Source of the DNA: Coleofasciculus chthonoplastes F2-STO-03
GTDB taxonomy: Bacteria; Cyanobacteriota; Cyanobacteriia; Cyanobacteriales; Coleofasciculaceae
Direction of reading: 5' to 3'
Length of the DNA: 64,000 nt
Assembly: GCA_040222015.1 (NCBI GenBank)
Contig: JAVJWO010000178.1
Location: 64,001-128,000, forward strand
Shown here: piece after piece, positions 9,420-19,851 of the stretch
Position numbering within the stretch: position 1 is the stretch's first letter
Layout: every line of letters begins with the position of its first letter
Program-made: the position numbers and the translations under genes
The notes under the pieces: model-generated
The model's input: the letters and a program-made list of their open reading frames with translations, nothing else
Database searches by the model: none
Told to the model about the DNA's origin: nothing

Positions 9420-10961
9420 CTATAGCTCATTCTCCTCAGTAGTTTCGGGTTTCTTGGGTAGGGGGGCTTCTGGGGGAGCAGGTGCTTTTTTCATGTTTTC
9501 TAGGGGTTCGCCAATCGACTCAGACGGGGGTTCGCTGACCGATTCAGATGACTCAGCAGACTTGGGAGTCACTGGAGAGGGTGACGCTTGCGCCGGTTGA
9601 GATTGATTTTGGGATGCTGGGGACGAGTTCGGTGGAGGTTTAGAGGTTGAAGTTGGCGAGTTTTTCTCATCAGAGGAGGGTGATTCTCCAGAAGCGGATG
9701 AGGGGTTTTCAGGAGTGGGCGAGGGAGAGGGTTCAACTGAATCACTTGATTTTTTAGGGAATCCCGGAAAAGAGCGGCGAGTGGGTTTCTGTTCCTGGTT
9801 GGAGGAAGGGTCATCTTTGCCCTGGTTGGGTTCAGTGGTTTCCTCACTATCATTAAGCTCAGTATCAGGATTTAGGGGTTCCTCTGGGGATGAGGGTTCA
9901 GCCGCTGGTGGGGTTGACAGATTTTGAGACTGATACCAAATTGTTCCCAATCCGACTAAACCTGTAGCAATAACAGCGCTCATTCCTAGTAACACGGGAG
10001 AAACACCTAAGCGTCGATGCCAAGGCGTATATTGAGTAGGTTGGGACTCTCGCTGACGGGAACTGGCTTCCTGTGGCGGTGTTAAAGCAATTGTGGCGCC
10101 ATTGGTGGTCGATACAGGATGGGAGACGAATTCCTGGTTGGGTTCAAAGGATACATCCGGCAACAGGGACAGCCATTCGGCTACCGATGGGGGTCGATGA
10201 CGCGCCTCAATTGCCATCCCGCGCATGACCGCTTGATTTACGGCAGCACTGAGTTGGGGTTGGAGCTCACGGGGAGCCGGCATGGGTTGGCGCTCCCGGA
10301 TAACGGCAGGTGTGGGGATTTGGGCAGTTAACAGGGTATAGAGAGTGGCGGCTAAACCGTAAACATCCGAGGCTGGGGTGCGTTTTTCTTTGATTAAATA
10401 CTGTTCTAAGGGGGCATAGCCCTCAGACAGCATGTTAGTGTGGGTTTGAGTTGTATTCAGGCTAAATTCTCGTGCAATGCCAAAGTCGATGAGTACAACT
10501 TGGTGTGTTCCTTCTCGCCGGATGATATTGGCAGGTTTAATATCTCGGTGGAGTAAACCTTTTTGATGGACTACGGTTAAGGCGTCACCAATTTGGTGGA
10601 TGTAATGAATGGCGGTGGCTTCACTGAGGGGTTTTCCGGGATGTAAAATCTCTTGTAAGGTCTGACCGTCTACATAGTCCATTACCATGTAGGGCCACCC
10701 TGCTTCTACAAAGAAGTCACTGACTCGGACAATATTGGGGTGGGTACACAAGGCTAGCCGTCGTGCTTCATCCTGGAATAGGCGCTGAAACCGAGAGCAG
10801 TCCGGGTTACGATGCATGGACTCGTCTAGGGTTTTAATCACCACCACCTGACCTAAATAGTGATGGGTGGCTTTATAGGTGATGCCAAAACCCCCTTGTC
10901 CTAGTTCTTGCTCTAGAGTGTATTTGCCACCCTGTAGGGTTTTACCAACTAACGAGTTCAT
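9420..10961 (-). CDS. Membrane-anchored Ser/Thr protein kinase
   Basis: [36 protein letters not shown]. One TM helix followed by a Pro/Ser-rich tail. Confidence 0.95.
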   Translation of the reverse strand: MNSLVGKTLQGGKYTLEQELGQGGFGITYKATHHYLGQVVVIKTLDESMHRNPDCSRFQRLFQDEARRLALCTHPNIVRVSDFFVEAGWPYMVMDYVDGQTLQEILHPGKPLSEATAIHYIHQIGDALTVVHQKGLLHRDIKPANIIRREGTHQVVLIDFGIAREFSLNTTQTHTNMLSEGYAPLEQYLIKEKRTPASDVYGLAATLYTLLTAQIPTPAVIRERQPMPAPRELQPQLSAAVNQAVMRGMAIEARHRPPSVAEWLSLLPDVSFEPNQEFVSHPVSTTNGATIALTPPQEASSRQRESQPTQYTPWHRRLGVSPVLLGMSAVIATGLVGLGTIWYQSQNLSTPPAAEPSSPEEPLNPDTELNDSEETTEPNQGKDDPSSNQEQKPTRRSFPGFPKKSSDSVEPSPSPTPENPSSASGESPSSDEKNSPTSTSKPPPNSSPASQNQSQPAQASPSPVTPKSAESSESVSEPPSESIGEPLENMKKAPAPPEAPLPKKPETTEENEL

Positions 10962-11040
10962 ACACTGACCTGATGATTGGGAAAAATTGTCAGTTCAAAA
11001 TTCACTTTAACAGATCTCGCGGAATTCCCCACCCTCTTAA

Positions 11041-11155
11041 AGGATACTGCTGGCGAATTTAACATTCTGCCCTAGAATGACCGAAATACGTTAGAGTAGC
11101 TACTAACGATTTTATTGGATTTGACGCTATGCCAGTAACATTCGCCAGCAAAGTC
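11041..11155. mobile_element. ~115-bp MITE-like insertion in the IS left-end hairpin loop
   Basis: Inverted repeats TGCTGGCGAAT / ATTCGCCAGCA, flanked by TTAA on both sides (11037-11040 and 11156-11159). Confidence 0.65.
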
Positions 11156-11270
11156 TTAAAGGGTGGGATGGATAGCGAGTAAGCTGGCGTCACTCGATCC
11201 GATTTATTGCTTTGTTTGCCTATAAATTGTAGGCTAATTATGAGCCAAAAAGTAACGAGGTAAGTCAAAT

Positions 11271-12644
11271 TTGGTAGTAAGGCGGCACACATTTCGATTG
11301 TATCCAAGCAAACAGCAGTCTAAAAAGCTGTTTACAGCACGTCGTCTTCATGCCGACCTGTACAACGCTTGTATCACTCACCGTCGTTATGAATGGAAAG
11401 CGAACCATCGCTCAGTTACCTATTTTGAGCAGCAGAATTGCCTACCGGAGTTCAAGAAATTCTGGGCAGACTATGCTTCTCTCAACTCCTTAAGTCTTCA
11501 GGCAACAGTCAAACGGGTTGACTTAGCCTATAAAGCCTTTTTTCAGGGGTTAAGGAAGTCCCCAAAATTAAAGTCTATTCGCAATTACTCCGGTTGGATG
11601 TATCCATCTTCACCTAAGAAATCAGGCTGGAAGGTGGAGAGCAATGGGGAACATGGGCGCGTCACTCTCAAAGACCTGGGAATCACCTTACGGATACGGG
11701 GGAAAGCCAAGCAGTGGGGAAAGCCGACAACACTTACCATTGTCTATAAGCCGAGATTGAATCAGTGGTTTGCCTCAATTACGGTTGAGGTAGAAGACGC
11801 GCCACCAAAATTCGGATCGCAATCTGACTTAAGTTACGAGTCAGTGGTAGCCTTCGATTTGGGAACCGAGACAGCAATCACCACCTATAACGGCTCCGAA
11901 TTTGAGGAGATAATCAACCCTCGGTTTACCCAAGTCCTGGAACCCAAGATCAAGAAAGCTTCCAAGAAGTTAAGGAGAAAACGCGCTCCCAATCGGCAAA
12001 AGCGGGTTAAGGCATCTAACCGATGGAAAAAGTATCGCCGGAAAGTATCAAAGCTTCAACGGAAAGCTGCCAATCAACGGAAAGACTGGCAGCATAAGGT
12101 AACGTCAGATTTAGCAAGTCGTTATGACATCGGCGTAACTGAAAAGTTGAACACCAAGGCGATGACAAAGAAGGCGAAAAAAGGGGGTAAGGGGAAGAAG
12201 CAAAAAGCCGGACTAAACAAATCCATTTTATCAGTAGGTTTTGGCAATCTGAACAAATTGCTGACCTATAAGATAGAAGGAAAGGGAGGCTTGATGTTAA
12301 CCCTAGACACCCGAAAGCTGAAGCCATCACAGCGCTGTCCTCAATGCCATACAGTCCATAAAGAGTGGGCGGACTTATCAAACCGGTACCATGTTTGTGA
12401 CAAGTGTGGATTTGAGATTGAAAGGGATAAAGGCAGCGTATTGCTAATGTATAATGTTGCGACAAATAAGCAACCGGAGTTAGGAACTAGCTCCGTTAGT
12501 CTTGGATGTTCTAGCTCTACTTCTGACCCGAAAATTCGTAAGAATTGTGGAGGGATGAAGCAACTAGGGCAGATGAAAAGACGAAGAGCCCAAGTTGAGA
12601 GGAAGGGGAAATTGAAACCCCAATCTCCTACGAGTTGGGGTTAG
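11271..12644 (+). CDS. tnpB: RNA-guided endonuclease TnpB
   Basis: TFRLYP N-terminus, RuvC-I AFDLGT, RuvC-II VTEKL, Zn finger CPQC...CDKC, RuvC-III ERD. Confidence 0.93.
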   Translation: MVVRRHTFRLYPSKQQSKKLFTARRLHADLYNACITHRRYEWKANHRSVTYFEQQNCLPEFKKFWADYASLNSLSLQATVKRVDLAYKAFFQGLRKSPKLKSIRNYSGWMYPSSPKKSGWKVESNGEHGRVTLKDLGITLRIRGKAKQWGKPTTLTIVYKPRLNQWFASITVEVEDAPPKFGSQSDLSYESVVAFDLGTETAITTYNGSEFEEIINPRFTQVLEPKIKKASKKLRRKRAPNRQKRVKASNRWKKYRRKVSKLQRKAANQRKDWQHKVTSDLASRYDIGVTEKLNTKAMTKKAKKGGKGKKQKAGLNKSILSVGFGNLNKLLTYKIEGKGGLMLTLDTRKLKPSQRCPQCHTVHKEWADLSNRYHVCDKCGFEIERDKGSVLLMYNVATNKQPELGTSSVSLGCSSSTSDPKIRKNCGGMKQLGQMKRRRAQVERKGKLKPQSPTSWG

Positions 12645-12883
12645 TTCATCTCAGAATTTCTGGATTTAGGGATAAGGTGTCAGGGAATGGGAACGATGGG
12701 GGAGATGGGGAGAAACGTCTGAACGATTAGGGAATTCTGAGTTAACCCGTAACTTGGGTAGGGATGGGTTGAGTAAGATGAGGTCAAAAAATTTTTCCTC
12801 ATCTCTATTATGGAGCTAGCACTTCGGATCAAGCCATTGTCGATGAGAAGTTTTAACATATCCCCCCTGAGAACGCGACACCA

Positions 12884-13573
12884 GTGAAGCAACAGAGTTT
12901 ACGACAATGGTTTCGATGGCTGACTCGGTGGATTCGCCGCATCTTTCAGAAACCAGAAACTTTCCAACCAACGTTTCTGGTTCTTGAGCGCACTTATTCG
13001 GCTGATGAATCCATCGTTCTTTTATCCGTCGAACGAGACGCACCCGGTGCTGTAGGAACCTGGTATCTACTGAATCAACACAATCCCCGTCACAATCTGT
13101 TGATTACCCTTGACAACTTGGCAGCGATTCGATTAGCTCTGGATGCTAATTCATTTTCCGATCAGGATACATCTATCTTGGAGCTATCGTTAGCCCAGGA
13201 AGACCAGATTTTTCGGACTCATCGGTTTAGCGTGCAGTGGATTATTAAGTTGAAGAGTTCTCGCAAGGTTTTTCACTTGATTGGAACCTGGGATCTTGAC
13301 CTGCAAGGCGATACCTGGGACCCTAATACCAGTGCATTTACGATTGGTCGTTTCGTGGTGCGAGAGGCGTTGAATTTACCGCCGCTTCCGGGAGTGTCGT
13401 GGCGTTTCCGGATGACTGAGTTTCCTTGGATTGAGAGTTTACAGAGCTATAGCAAGATGGTATTGGGGGATAACCATAATTGTTATACCAAGAAGTTGAA
13501 TCTGAAAGAACTCAAGGAACTTAGAGATGAAATTGAGCGGGGGCGAGGTTATAGAAAACGTCATCAATCCTAA
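12884..13573 (+). CDS. Hypothetical protein
   Basis: 229-aa ORF with plausible composition. No recognised motif. Confidence 0.6.
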   Translation: MKQQSLRQWFRWLTRWIRRIFQKPETFQPTFLVLERTYSADESIVLLSVERDAPGAVGTWYLLNQHNPRHNLLITLDNLAAIRLALDANSFSDQDTSILELSLAQEDQIFRTHRFSVQWIIKLKSSRKVFHLIGTWDLDLQGDTWDPNTSAFTIGRFVVREALNLPPLPGVSWRFRMTEFPWIESLQSYSKMVLGDNHNCYTKKLNLKELKELRDEIERGRGYRKRHQS

Positions 13574-13726
13574 GTAGGAGTAGCTGAATACTGATTAACG
13601 GAATTTCTATGATAAATTCTGTGCTTTGTCGGCTCGCAGACATACAACTGAGTTGACCTTTATGCTTTTCGATAATATAGCGTTGGTTTCAAACGACTGT
13701 TGCTGGATGAGTAAGATCCCTGGCTA

Positions 13727-13759
13727 AGATCGCCGACTTCTTCAAGAAGTCGGCGATCT
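13727..13759. repeat. Perfect palindrome (16-bp arms), REP-like or bidirectional terminator
   Basis: AGATCGCCGACTTCTT-C-AAGAAGTCGGCGATCT between convergent genes. Confidence 0.75.
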
Positions 13760-13780
13760 GAAAGATCTCAAAAGCAGGAA

Positions 13781-14380
13781 CTAATCTGGGAAGGCGAATC
13801 CGGTTCTGGGATCGCGGATAAATAACCCAAGCACTAATGAGTCCATCACCGTGTCCCAGACGGGGTTCAGACGCTCTGCATCATCTACCCAGTAGTCAAA
13901 CGTAATCAAACATTGAACGCCAGAACCTAACCCAATACAGATGCGGGAATAGGCGTCGCGGTTTTCGTTCGGGTCAATAAATTTGAATTGAGTCCAGACG
14001 ATGCGGGCGGTTTGGCGCTTGAGTTCAACAATTTCCCCTTGCTCAGTTATATTTCGCTCATCATCTCGAACGACTCGCTTTAATAAAGAAACTAAGGGAA
14101 ATTCAGCCCAGTCGCCTGGAGGGAGTAGATTATAGGAGGCTTCTAAGCGACAATCATCGTTGGGTGGCTTGTTGTCCAGAAACCGAAACGATTTGGTATC
14201 CGGTTCAAAATGCCAATCTTCGGGAACATCAAAGCGCAATGCTCCTCGCCCTGCTACGAAGATCCGATGTCCTGGCTTGGATGTCCAGTTGTGGTCTTCT
14301 TGTAGCTCTAGGGTTTCCTTGATCCATTGGAGATTGTGCTTTTTGCGTTTAGCCATAGCTGCTCCAGAGATGAAAACCAC
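13781..14380 (-). CDS. Conserved hypothetical protein (start possibly MAKRKK at 14356)
   Basis: Long ORF with FDVPEDW and CLITFDYW; possibly a PsbP/DcrB-like fold. Confidence 0.7.
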   Translation of the reverse strand: MVFISGAAMAKRKKHNLQWIKETLELQEDHNWTSKPGHRIFVAGRGALRFDVPEDWHFEPDTKSFRFLDNKPPNDDCRLEASYNLLPPGDWAEFPLVSLLKRVVRDDERNITEQGEIVELKRQTARIVWTQFKFIDPNENRDAYSRICIGLGSGVQCLITFDYWVDDAERLNPVWDTVMDSLVLGLFIRDPRTGFAFPD

Positions 14381-14508
14381 ATTAAATTTAATTATGACAG
14401 ATGGTATAGCAAACTGATACGGTTAAGCACTAGCCGAAAGACTGCGAAATCCTTATTCTGGATTAATGGCAGTGAGTGCGAATGATCAGTGCTGAGGACA
14501 AGTAACTA

Positions 14509-15864
14509 ATGGGACGAATCTTTATTTCTGCCGGACACGGAGGAATTGAACAAGGGGGGCGCGATCTAGGGGCGATCGCAGGCGGTACAACGGAAGCTCA
14601 ACAGATGATTCTGCTGCGGGATCAGATTGTCCCAGAGTTGCGATCGCGTGGCTTTGAGGTTCTCTCTGTTCCGGATGACTTGAGTTCAGCTGAATCGATC
14701 CAATGGATTAATGCGCGTTCTCGCCCTGGCGATGTAGCGCTGGAAATTCATCTGGGTTCTTCCCCGAATCCCAGTGTCCGAGGGACGGCGGTTTACTATA
14801 TCGCCAATAACACTGAACGCAAAAATCATGCGGAACTGATCCTCCTCGCCTTGCTGCGCCGTCTTCCTCAATTGCCAAATCGAGGCGCGAAGCAGGATAC
14901 GGCGACAGGGATGGGTTTTCTGTCATTTACCCGCGATACGATTCTTCCTTCGCTGCTGATGGAGGTTGGCTATCTCACCAATCCAGAGGATCGGTTTATT
15001 ATTCAAAATCGCCGCCGCGAGATGGCGTTAGGAATTGCGGATGGATTAGCGGCGTGGAGTCGGGCGGTTTCGGGAACGGAACCAACCAATGGAACGGATG
15101 TTACTTATCCTGCTATTAATATCAAGATTAATAATCAAACGTATGGAGAGCAAGGCATTATTGTCAATAACAATGCCTATATTCCCATTGACTTAGCCGA
15201 TCGCTTGGGTGTCGATTTAACCACGATTCCCGGTATTCGCCGCCTTCAGTATCGGGGAGTGGTTTATGTGAAAGCCATTGAATTGCGAGATTATAATATT
15301 TCAGTGGGTTGGGATGCGGCGACGCGCACGGTAATTTTGCGCTCCATTTTACAAATTTGTCCGGGTCAAATTGACCGAATTATGGCACATGGGAATACCT
15401 CAGAAGTGCAGTTAATGATGTTCCTCAAAGCTAATAATGAAGACGCCCTGGCTCAGTTTCCTGACTTACCCAAGCTTTACCGTGAAGAAGCCGCCATTGA
15501 AGGGGTGAATTATGATATTGCCTTTTCTCAAGCCATGGTGGAAACGAACTTTCTCCGTTTTGGGGGCGACTTGAAACCCAGTCAAAATAATTTTGGTGGC
15601 TTAGGATCAGTTGGGGGTGATCCGGAGGGGGCGACATTCCCCAGCGCCCGATTAGGGGTTCGCGCTCATATTCAACAATTAAAAGCCTACGCCAGTTTAG
15701 AACCTTTGGTACAAGAAGTGGTTAGTCCCCGGTTTCGCTTTGTCACTCGTGGGATTGCACCCCTCATCCAGCAGTTGAGCGGACGGTGGTCCGCTGACTT
15801 GAATTATGGCGATCGCATTATGGCTGTTCTTCGGCGTCTCTATGAATCAGCCGGGTTTTTCTAA
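14509..15864 (+). CDS. tftA: N-acetylmuramoyl-L-alanine amidase plus glucosaminidase-like domain (TftA-like hormogonium morphoprotein)
   Basis: IFISAGHGG...TTEA, LEIH, LMEVGYLTN. C-terminal AFSQAMVET...QNNFGGLG...GVRAHIQQLKAYA...GRW. Confidence 0.78.
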   Translation: MGRIFISAGHGGIEQGGRDLGAIAGGTTEAQQMILLRDQIVPELRSRGFEVLSVPDDLSSAESIQWINARSRPGDVALEIHLGSSPNPSVRGTAVYYIANNTERKNHAELILLALLRRLPQLPNRGAKQDTATGMGFLSFTRDTILPSLLMEVGYLTNPEDRFIIQNRRREMALGIADGLAAWSRAVSGTEPTNGTDVTYPAINIKINNQTYGEQGIIVNNNAYIPIDLADRLGVDLTTIPGIRRLQYRGVVYVKAIELRDYNISVGWDAATRTVILRSILQICPGQIDRIMAHGNTSEVQLMMFLKANNEDALAQFPDLPKLYREEAAIEGVNYDIAFSQAMVETNFLRFGGDLKPSQNNFGGLGSVGGDPEGATFPSARLGVRAHIQQLKAYASLEPLVQEVVSPRFRFVTRGIAPLIQQLSGRWSADLNYGDRIMAVLRRLYESAGFF

Positions 15865-15946
15865 GGGTGAGTAGTCCTCAAACCTTTACGAATGACAAAT
15901 GACAAATGACGATCTCTACCGTTAATTTTTGTTGTGTCCACATACT

Positions 15947-16052
15947 TATAGCAATAGACACATCGATTAGGACGTTCGGCACCATTGTAGAGACCGTCCA
16001 TGTTTGGTCTCTACATAAATGATGTGTCCTAACAGCCATGGCGGTTGCTATA
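15947..16052. repeat. TATAGCA...TGCTATA MITE-like composite repeat, copy 1
   Basis: Terminal IR, inner TTAGGAC/GTCCTAA and central GTAGAGAC...GTCTCTAC. Homologous copy at 35622-35725. Confidence 0.8.
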
Positions 16053-16054
16053 CA

Positions 16055-16432
16055 TTATGACCAGTCCAAAACTTTAGTGACCTCCTTAGTTAGCGTCATT
16101 GGGTCAAAGGGTTTAGCAATAACTCCAGCAATACCTAACTGATCAAATTGAGTGATGTTGTTGTTAAACACTTTTGCCGTGAGTAAAATCACGGGAATTT
16201 CTTGAGTGCTGGGAGACTTTTGCAACTCTTTCAATAGGGTTAACCCATCCATATCCGGCATCATCACATCCAAGAGAATCGCATCAGGTTGTTCAGTTTG
16301 GGCTAACTGTAGTCCTTTCTTGCCGGATTCAGCCGTGATTACTTGCCACTTGCCAATCGTTTCCAGGCAAGCTTGGATCACTAAACAAAGATTGGGTTCA
16401 TCGTCAATGACTAGGATACATTTGGTAGACAT
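16055..16432 (-). CDS. Single-domain response regulator (CheY-like)
   Basis: ILVIDD, LLDVMMP, LLTA and KPF motifs. Confidence 0.93.
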   Translation of the reverse strand: MSTKCILVIDDEPNLCLVIQACLETIGKWQVITAESGKKGLQLAQTEQPDAILLDVMMPDMDGLTLLKELQKSPSTQEIPVILLTAKVFNNNITQFDQLGIAGVIAKPFDPMTLTKEVTKVLDWS

Positions 16433-16505
16433 AAAGGGAACAGGAAATGGGAAACTGCTTAACAGGGAATAATCAATTTAAATGCACATCAGCTTACTTG
16501 TAAAA

Positions 16506-16731
16506 GAGGGCGGGTTTTGTTGTTCATTTAGGGGAGGGCGGGTTTTGTTGTTCATTTAGGGGAGGGCGGGTTTTGTTGTTCATTTATCAGTGAATAGCTG
16601 ACTTTAGTCCCTAAACCCGCCCCTACAGATTTCCTAAACCCGCCCCTACAGATTTCCTAAACCCGCCCCTACAGATTTCCTAAACCCGCCCCTACAGATT
16701 TCCTAAACCCGCCCCTACAGATTTCCTAAAC
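16506..16731. repeat. Tandemly amplified REP-like arms: 3 x 28-bp and 5 x 23-bp units
   Basis: (GAGGGCGGGTTTTGTTGTTCATTTAGGG)x3 followed by (CCTAAACCCGCCCCTACAGATTT)x5. Confidence 0.9.
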
Positions 16732-16775
16732 TCACCCTGATCACTGACTGTTCACGCTCTTCGAGGGCAGATTTC

Positions 16776-18008
16776 TTACGGATTACTTGTTTCCTCCTGA
16801 TTAACTTTCTCGATTTGACGGGCAAAATGGGTTTCTCGATACTGCAGTGATCGCGCTAATTCTAGACCTTTTTGAAAAGCGTCTAAGGCTTGATCATAGT
16901 TGTTTTGGGTGAGATAAATCTGACCCATTTGATCGTAAGCCTGCATCAACCCATAATAATTGTAGGACTGTTGTTCAACAATAATCAATATTTCGTAAAC
17001 CTGGAGAGCGTAGTCGGGTTGGTCATAAGATAAATAGAGTTGGGCTAATTTTTCGAGTGCATCACTGGCATAAGCCAACTGTTGTGATGACCAAGCGAGT
17101 GCATAAGCTTCCTGGTAGCTTTGAGAGGCTTGATCGGGTTGATTTAGGGCTTCGTAGTCGGCACCAATCCCAATTTTTAGGGCGGGGATTTGAGTATAAT
17201 TGTCTTGGTTGAGATAACTGTCCACTAACCGTTCCTTGATCCGCAGGGCGTTTTCGGGTTCCTGGGATTGCTTATAAATGTTGAGCAATTCTTGTAGATA
17301 GTTAACCTCCGCCACGCGATCGCGCTTTGCTTGAGCTATTGCTAGTAATTCTTCATAAATGGCGGCGGCTTGGGGATAATCAAACCAAGCTAAGTGGAGT
17401 TGGGCGATTGTCTCTAAGGTTTCGGCTTGAGTTTGCCGATCACCTTGTTGACGGGCATCGGCTAAAATTTGCTCATAGATAGCTAAGGCTTTTCTGGGAA
17501 CTCGTATCTGTTGATAAGCTTGACCTAATGCACCTAAAAGTTCGGGATCTAAATCTCCTTCTTCCTCAGCGTTTTGCTGAATCGTTTCTAAGCGTTTAGT
17601 AATTAACTGTACCTGGGATTTCGCATTCCTACTCCAAGCAATTTCACCCACGCGCCCTAGGGTTTTAACTTCTTCTAATCGTCCACCCAGAACTCGCCGT
17701 AAGCGAATTTCTCGATACCAGATATCAAACGCCTCTTCTGGATTTCCCGCCCTCAGTTCGGCGGCGGCTTGATTATTCAATTGATCCAGGGCTTCACCCA
17801 GTCGGCGGCGTTCTAAGGGGCTTAAGGGGCGTTCTACCGGGGGATTGGGAAGCAGGGGATCACCAGTGGTATCCAGTTCTAGGGGATTGGGTGGATTTGT
17901 TTCAGCGGGTTGGGCTAATGTTCCACCACTTAACCCTAACCAGAGCGTCGCTATGCAAAAGAGTAGTTGAACTTTTCTCATTAATTTAAGCTGTATAAGA
18001 TGCAACAC
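16776..18008 (-). CDS. Exported tetratricopeptide repeat protein
   Basis: Signal peptide followed by multiple TPR-like helices (LGQAYQQI, ALDAFQKGLELA). Confidence 0.85.
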   Translation of the reverse strand: MLHLIQLKLMRKVQLLFCIATLWLGLSGGTLAQPAETNPPNPLELDTTGDPLLPNPPVERPLSPLERRRLGEALDQLNNQAAAELRAGNPEEAFDIWYREIRLRRVLGGRLEEVKTLGRVGEIAWSRNAKSQVQLITKRLETIQQNAEEEGDLDPELLGALGQAYQQIRVPRKALAIYEQILADARQQGDRQTQAETLETIAQLHLAWFDYPQAAAIYEELLAIAQAKRDRVAEVNYLQELLNIYKQSQEPENALRIKERLVDSYLNQDNYTQIPALKIGIGADYEALNQPDQASQSYQEAYALAWSSQQLAYASDALEKLAQLYLSYDQPDYALQVYEILIIVEQQSYNYYGLMQAYDQMGQIYLTQNNYDQALDAFQKGLELARSLQYRETHFARQIEKVNQEETSNP

Positions 18009-18088
18009 TGTTTTAAGGAGAATGGCACTGATTCGTATAGCCGGGAAATAAATTTCTGATCTTTAAGCTAAAGTAAGCTAAAGCTTAC

Positions 18089-18219
18089 TAAGTAGGTTGG
18101 TGGAAATAAACTTAACTAGATTAAGTTATGTAAACAAGTCTCAAACCCTTACTGTTCCCTGTTCCCTGTTAAGAGTTCCCTAATCTCCACCGCTAACTTT
18201 AATTGTGTCCACCTACTTA
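18089..18219. mobile_element. TAAGTAGGT...ACCTACTTA MITE-like element carrying a TGTTCCC STRR
   Basis: 9-bp terminal IR. Internal blocks TTAAGTTATGTAAA, CTCAAACC and CCGxTAACTTTAA are shared with 42425-42656. Confidence 0.75.
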
Positions 18220-18340
18220 CATTAAAGGCTTTTAACCCGTTTTAATGGGGTTTAGCTTTTCGCTCAAACTTTAGTTCAGGGCTTAAGTTTCGATTTCATC
18301 AACTGATTAACTATCATCTTATCTGCCAACGTAATGACCA

Positions 18341-19636
18341 TTGACGCTTAAAATCAACTTAGAGTTTCTCAAGGAAACCCCTACCCTAAGACTTTTGACA
18401 TTTCTTATGATTCAGCCATTAACACAAAAGCTATTAAAAGTCAATAGATTTCGCCCCCTATTATCTCGACTCTTAGTCGTGGCGATCGCGCTGTTGACTC
18501 TGTTGACGACAAGCTGTAGTCCCTCAACCGCCAGAACCGCCGAACAGCGCACGTTTCTGGATTTATCCTTGGACTTTTTGGCGGAGTATCAACTACCCAA
18601 ACCGATGAGGTTTGAGGATACTCCCGTTGGCGGCTTATCAGCTCTCTCCTATGATCGCGATCGCGATCGTTTTCTTGCACTATCCGATGATCGATCAAAT
18701 CTCGCACCCGCCCGATTTTACACCCTGGCGCTGACGATTAACCGCAACTCGGCAGGAGAAATTGGGATTGAATCCGTCACCGTGGAGGATGTAACCATTC
18801 TCAAAGACGAAAACGGCAAACCCTATCCGGCGGGAACCATTGACCCCGAAGGCATCGCCCTATCCGGTAAAGGTGGCGTATTTATTTCCACTGAAGGGGT
18901 TCCTAGTCAGGGAATTGAACCCTTTATTCAAGAATTTGACCGCCAAACGGGACAACCGTTGCAACGCTTGCGAATTCCTGACCGTTTTCTCCCGAATAAT
19001 ACGACAGAAGAGGAACAAGTTCCCCGTGGCGTACAAGAAAACCTAGGCTTTGAAGCATTAACCTTAGAACCAATTACGTTAGCGGCGGCTAGTGGCGATC
19101 CTTTTCGCCTATTTACAGCAACGGAATCTGCGTTAATTCAAGATAGTTTACCCCCAGATTCAGACGAGGTTCCCCGAATTCGGCTGCTGCATTATTTAAT
19201 CAGCGACATTGCGCCACCCATGCTAGTAGCGGAACATTTGTATCCACTGGCTCCCGCCCCCAAAGGGACAATTGATTATGGCTTATCGGAATTAGTGGCA
19301 TTAGATACAGAAGGTCACTTTCTTGGTTTAGAACGTAGTTATGGGTTGTTTGGACTCAGCGCCCAAATTTATCAACTAACCCTGGGTGGGGCGACGGATA
19401 CATCTAATATTGCTACTCTCAAGGGGAATATTTCTCGCCTTGAGCCGGTGAAGAAAAAATTGCTCCTTGATTTGAGTACTTTGGGAATTTATTTAGATAA
19501 TTTGGAAGGGATGACCCTAGGTTCACGGTTGCCAGATGGGAGTCAGAGTTTGGTATTAGTCAGTGATGATAATTTTAATCAAGCACAGATTACGCAGTTT
19601 CTTTTGTTTCGGTTAAACCTGAATAAGTCGAATTGA
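18341..19636 (+). CDS. Esterase-like activity of phytase family lipoprotein (start likely 18407)
   Basis: Lipobox-like LTTSC, GGLSAL, LSDDR, DPEGI, NLGFEAL, DNLEG, VSDDNF. Confidence 0.9.
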   Translation: MTLKINLEFLKETPTLRLLTFLMIQPLTQKLLKVNRFRPLLSRLLVVAIALLTLLTTSCSPSTARTAEQRTFLDLSLDFLAEYQLPKPMRFEDTPVGGLSALSYDRDRDRFLALSDDRSNLAPARFYTLALTINRNSAGEIGIESVTVEDVTILKDENGKPYPAGTIDPEGIALSGKGGVFISTEGVPSQGIEPFIQEFDRQTGQPLQRLRIPDRFLPNNTTEEEQVPRGVQENLGFEALTLEPITLAAASGDPFRLFTATESALIQDSLPPDSDEVPRIRLLHYLISDIAPPMLVAEHLYPLAPAPKGTIDYGLSELVALDTEGHFLGLERSYGLFGLSAQIYQLTLGGATDTSNIATLKGNISRLEPVKKKLLLDLSTLGIYLDNLEGMTLGSRLPDGSQSLVLVSDDNFNQAQITQFLLFRLNLNKSN

Positions 19637-19851
19637 GCTAAATTGTAGTGGTGTGACACAGCTAATTGGCTCTATTCCTCTCTCCCCTTCTTCTTGTCAA
19701 CCTCAATTATAAAATTAAAGCCATAGCAGGTTGACAATTTAAAATAAATGTGTATTTTACCCAATCCTCCCCCACTGCCGACAAACCTCTTAAAATGAAA
19801 AGACAGCTAATTGTTTAGATTTGTATAGCCAACTCAGGTATAGAACGATAT

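Larger units (their letters stand above)
11011..12649 (+). mobile_element. IS200/IS605-family (IS1341-like) tnpB-only element
   Basis: Left end follows TTTAA and has a CCCACCCT...AGGGTGGG hairpin. Right-end hairpin AACCCCAA...TTGGGGTT is followed by AGTTCAT. Confidence 0.8.

Noticed and set aside
16506..16731. Possible CRISPR array
   Set aside because: Units are head-to-tail with no unique spacers, they derive from REP arms, and no cas genes are present.
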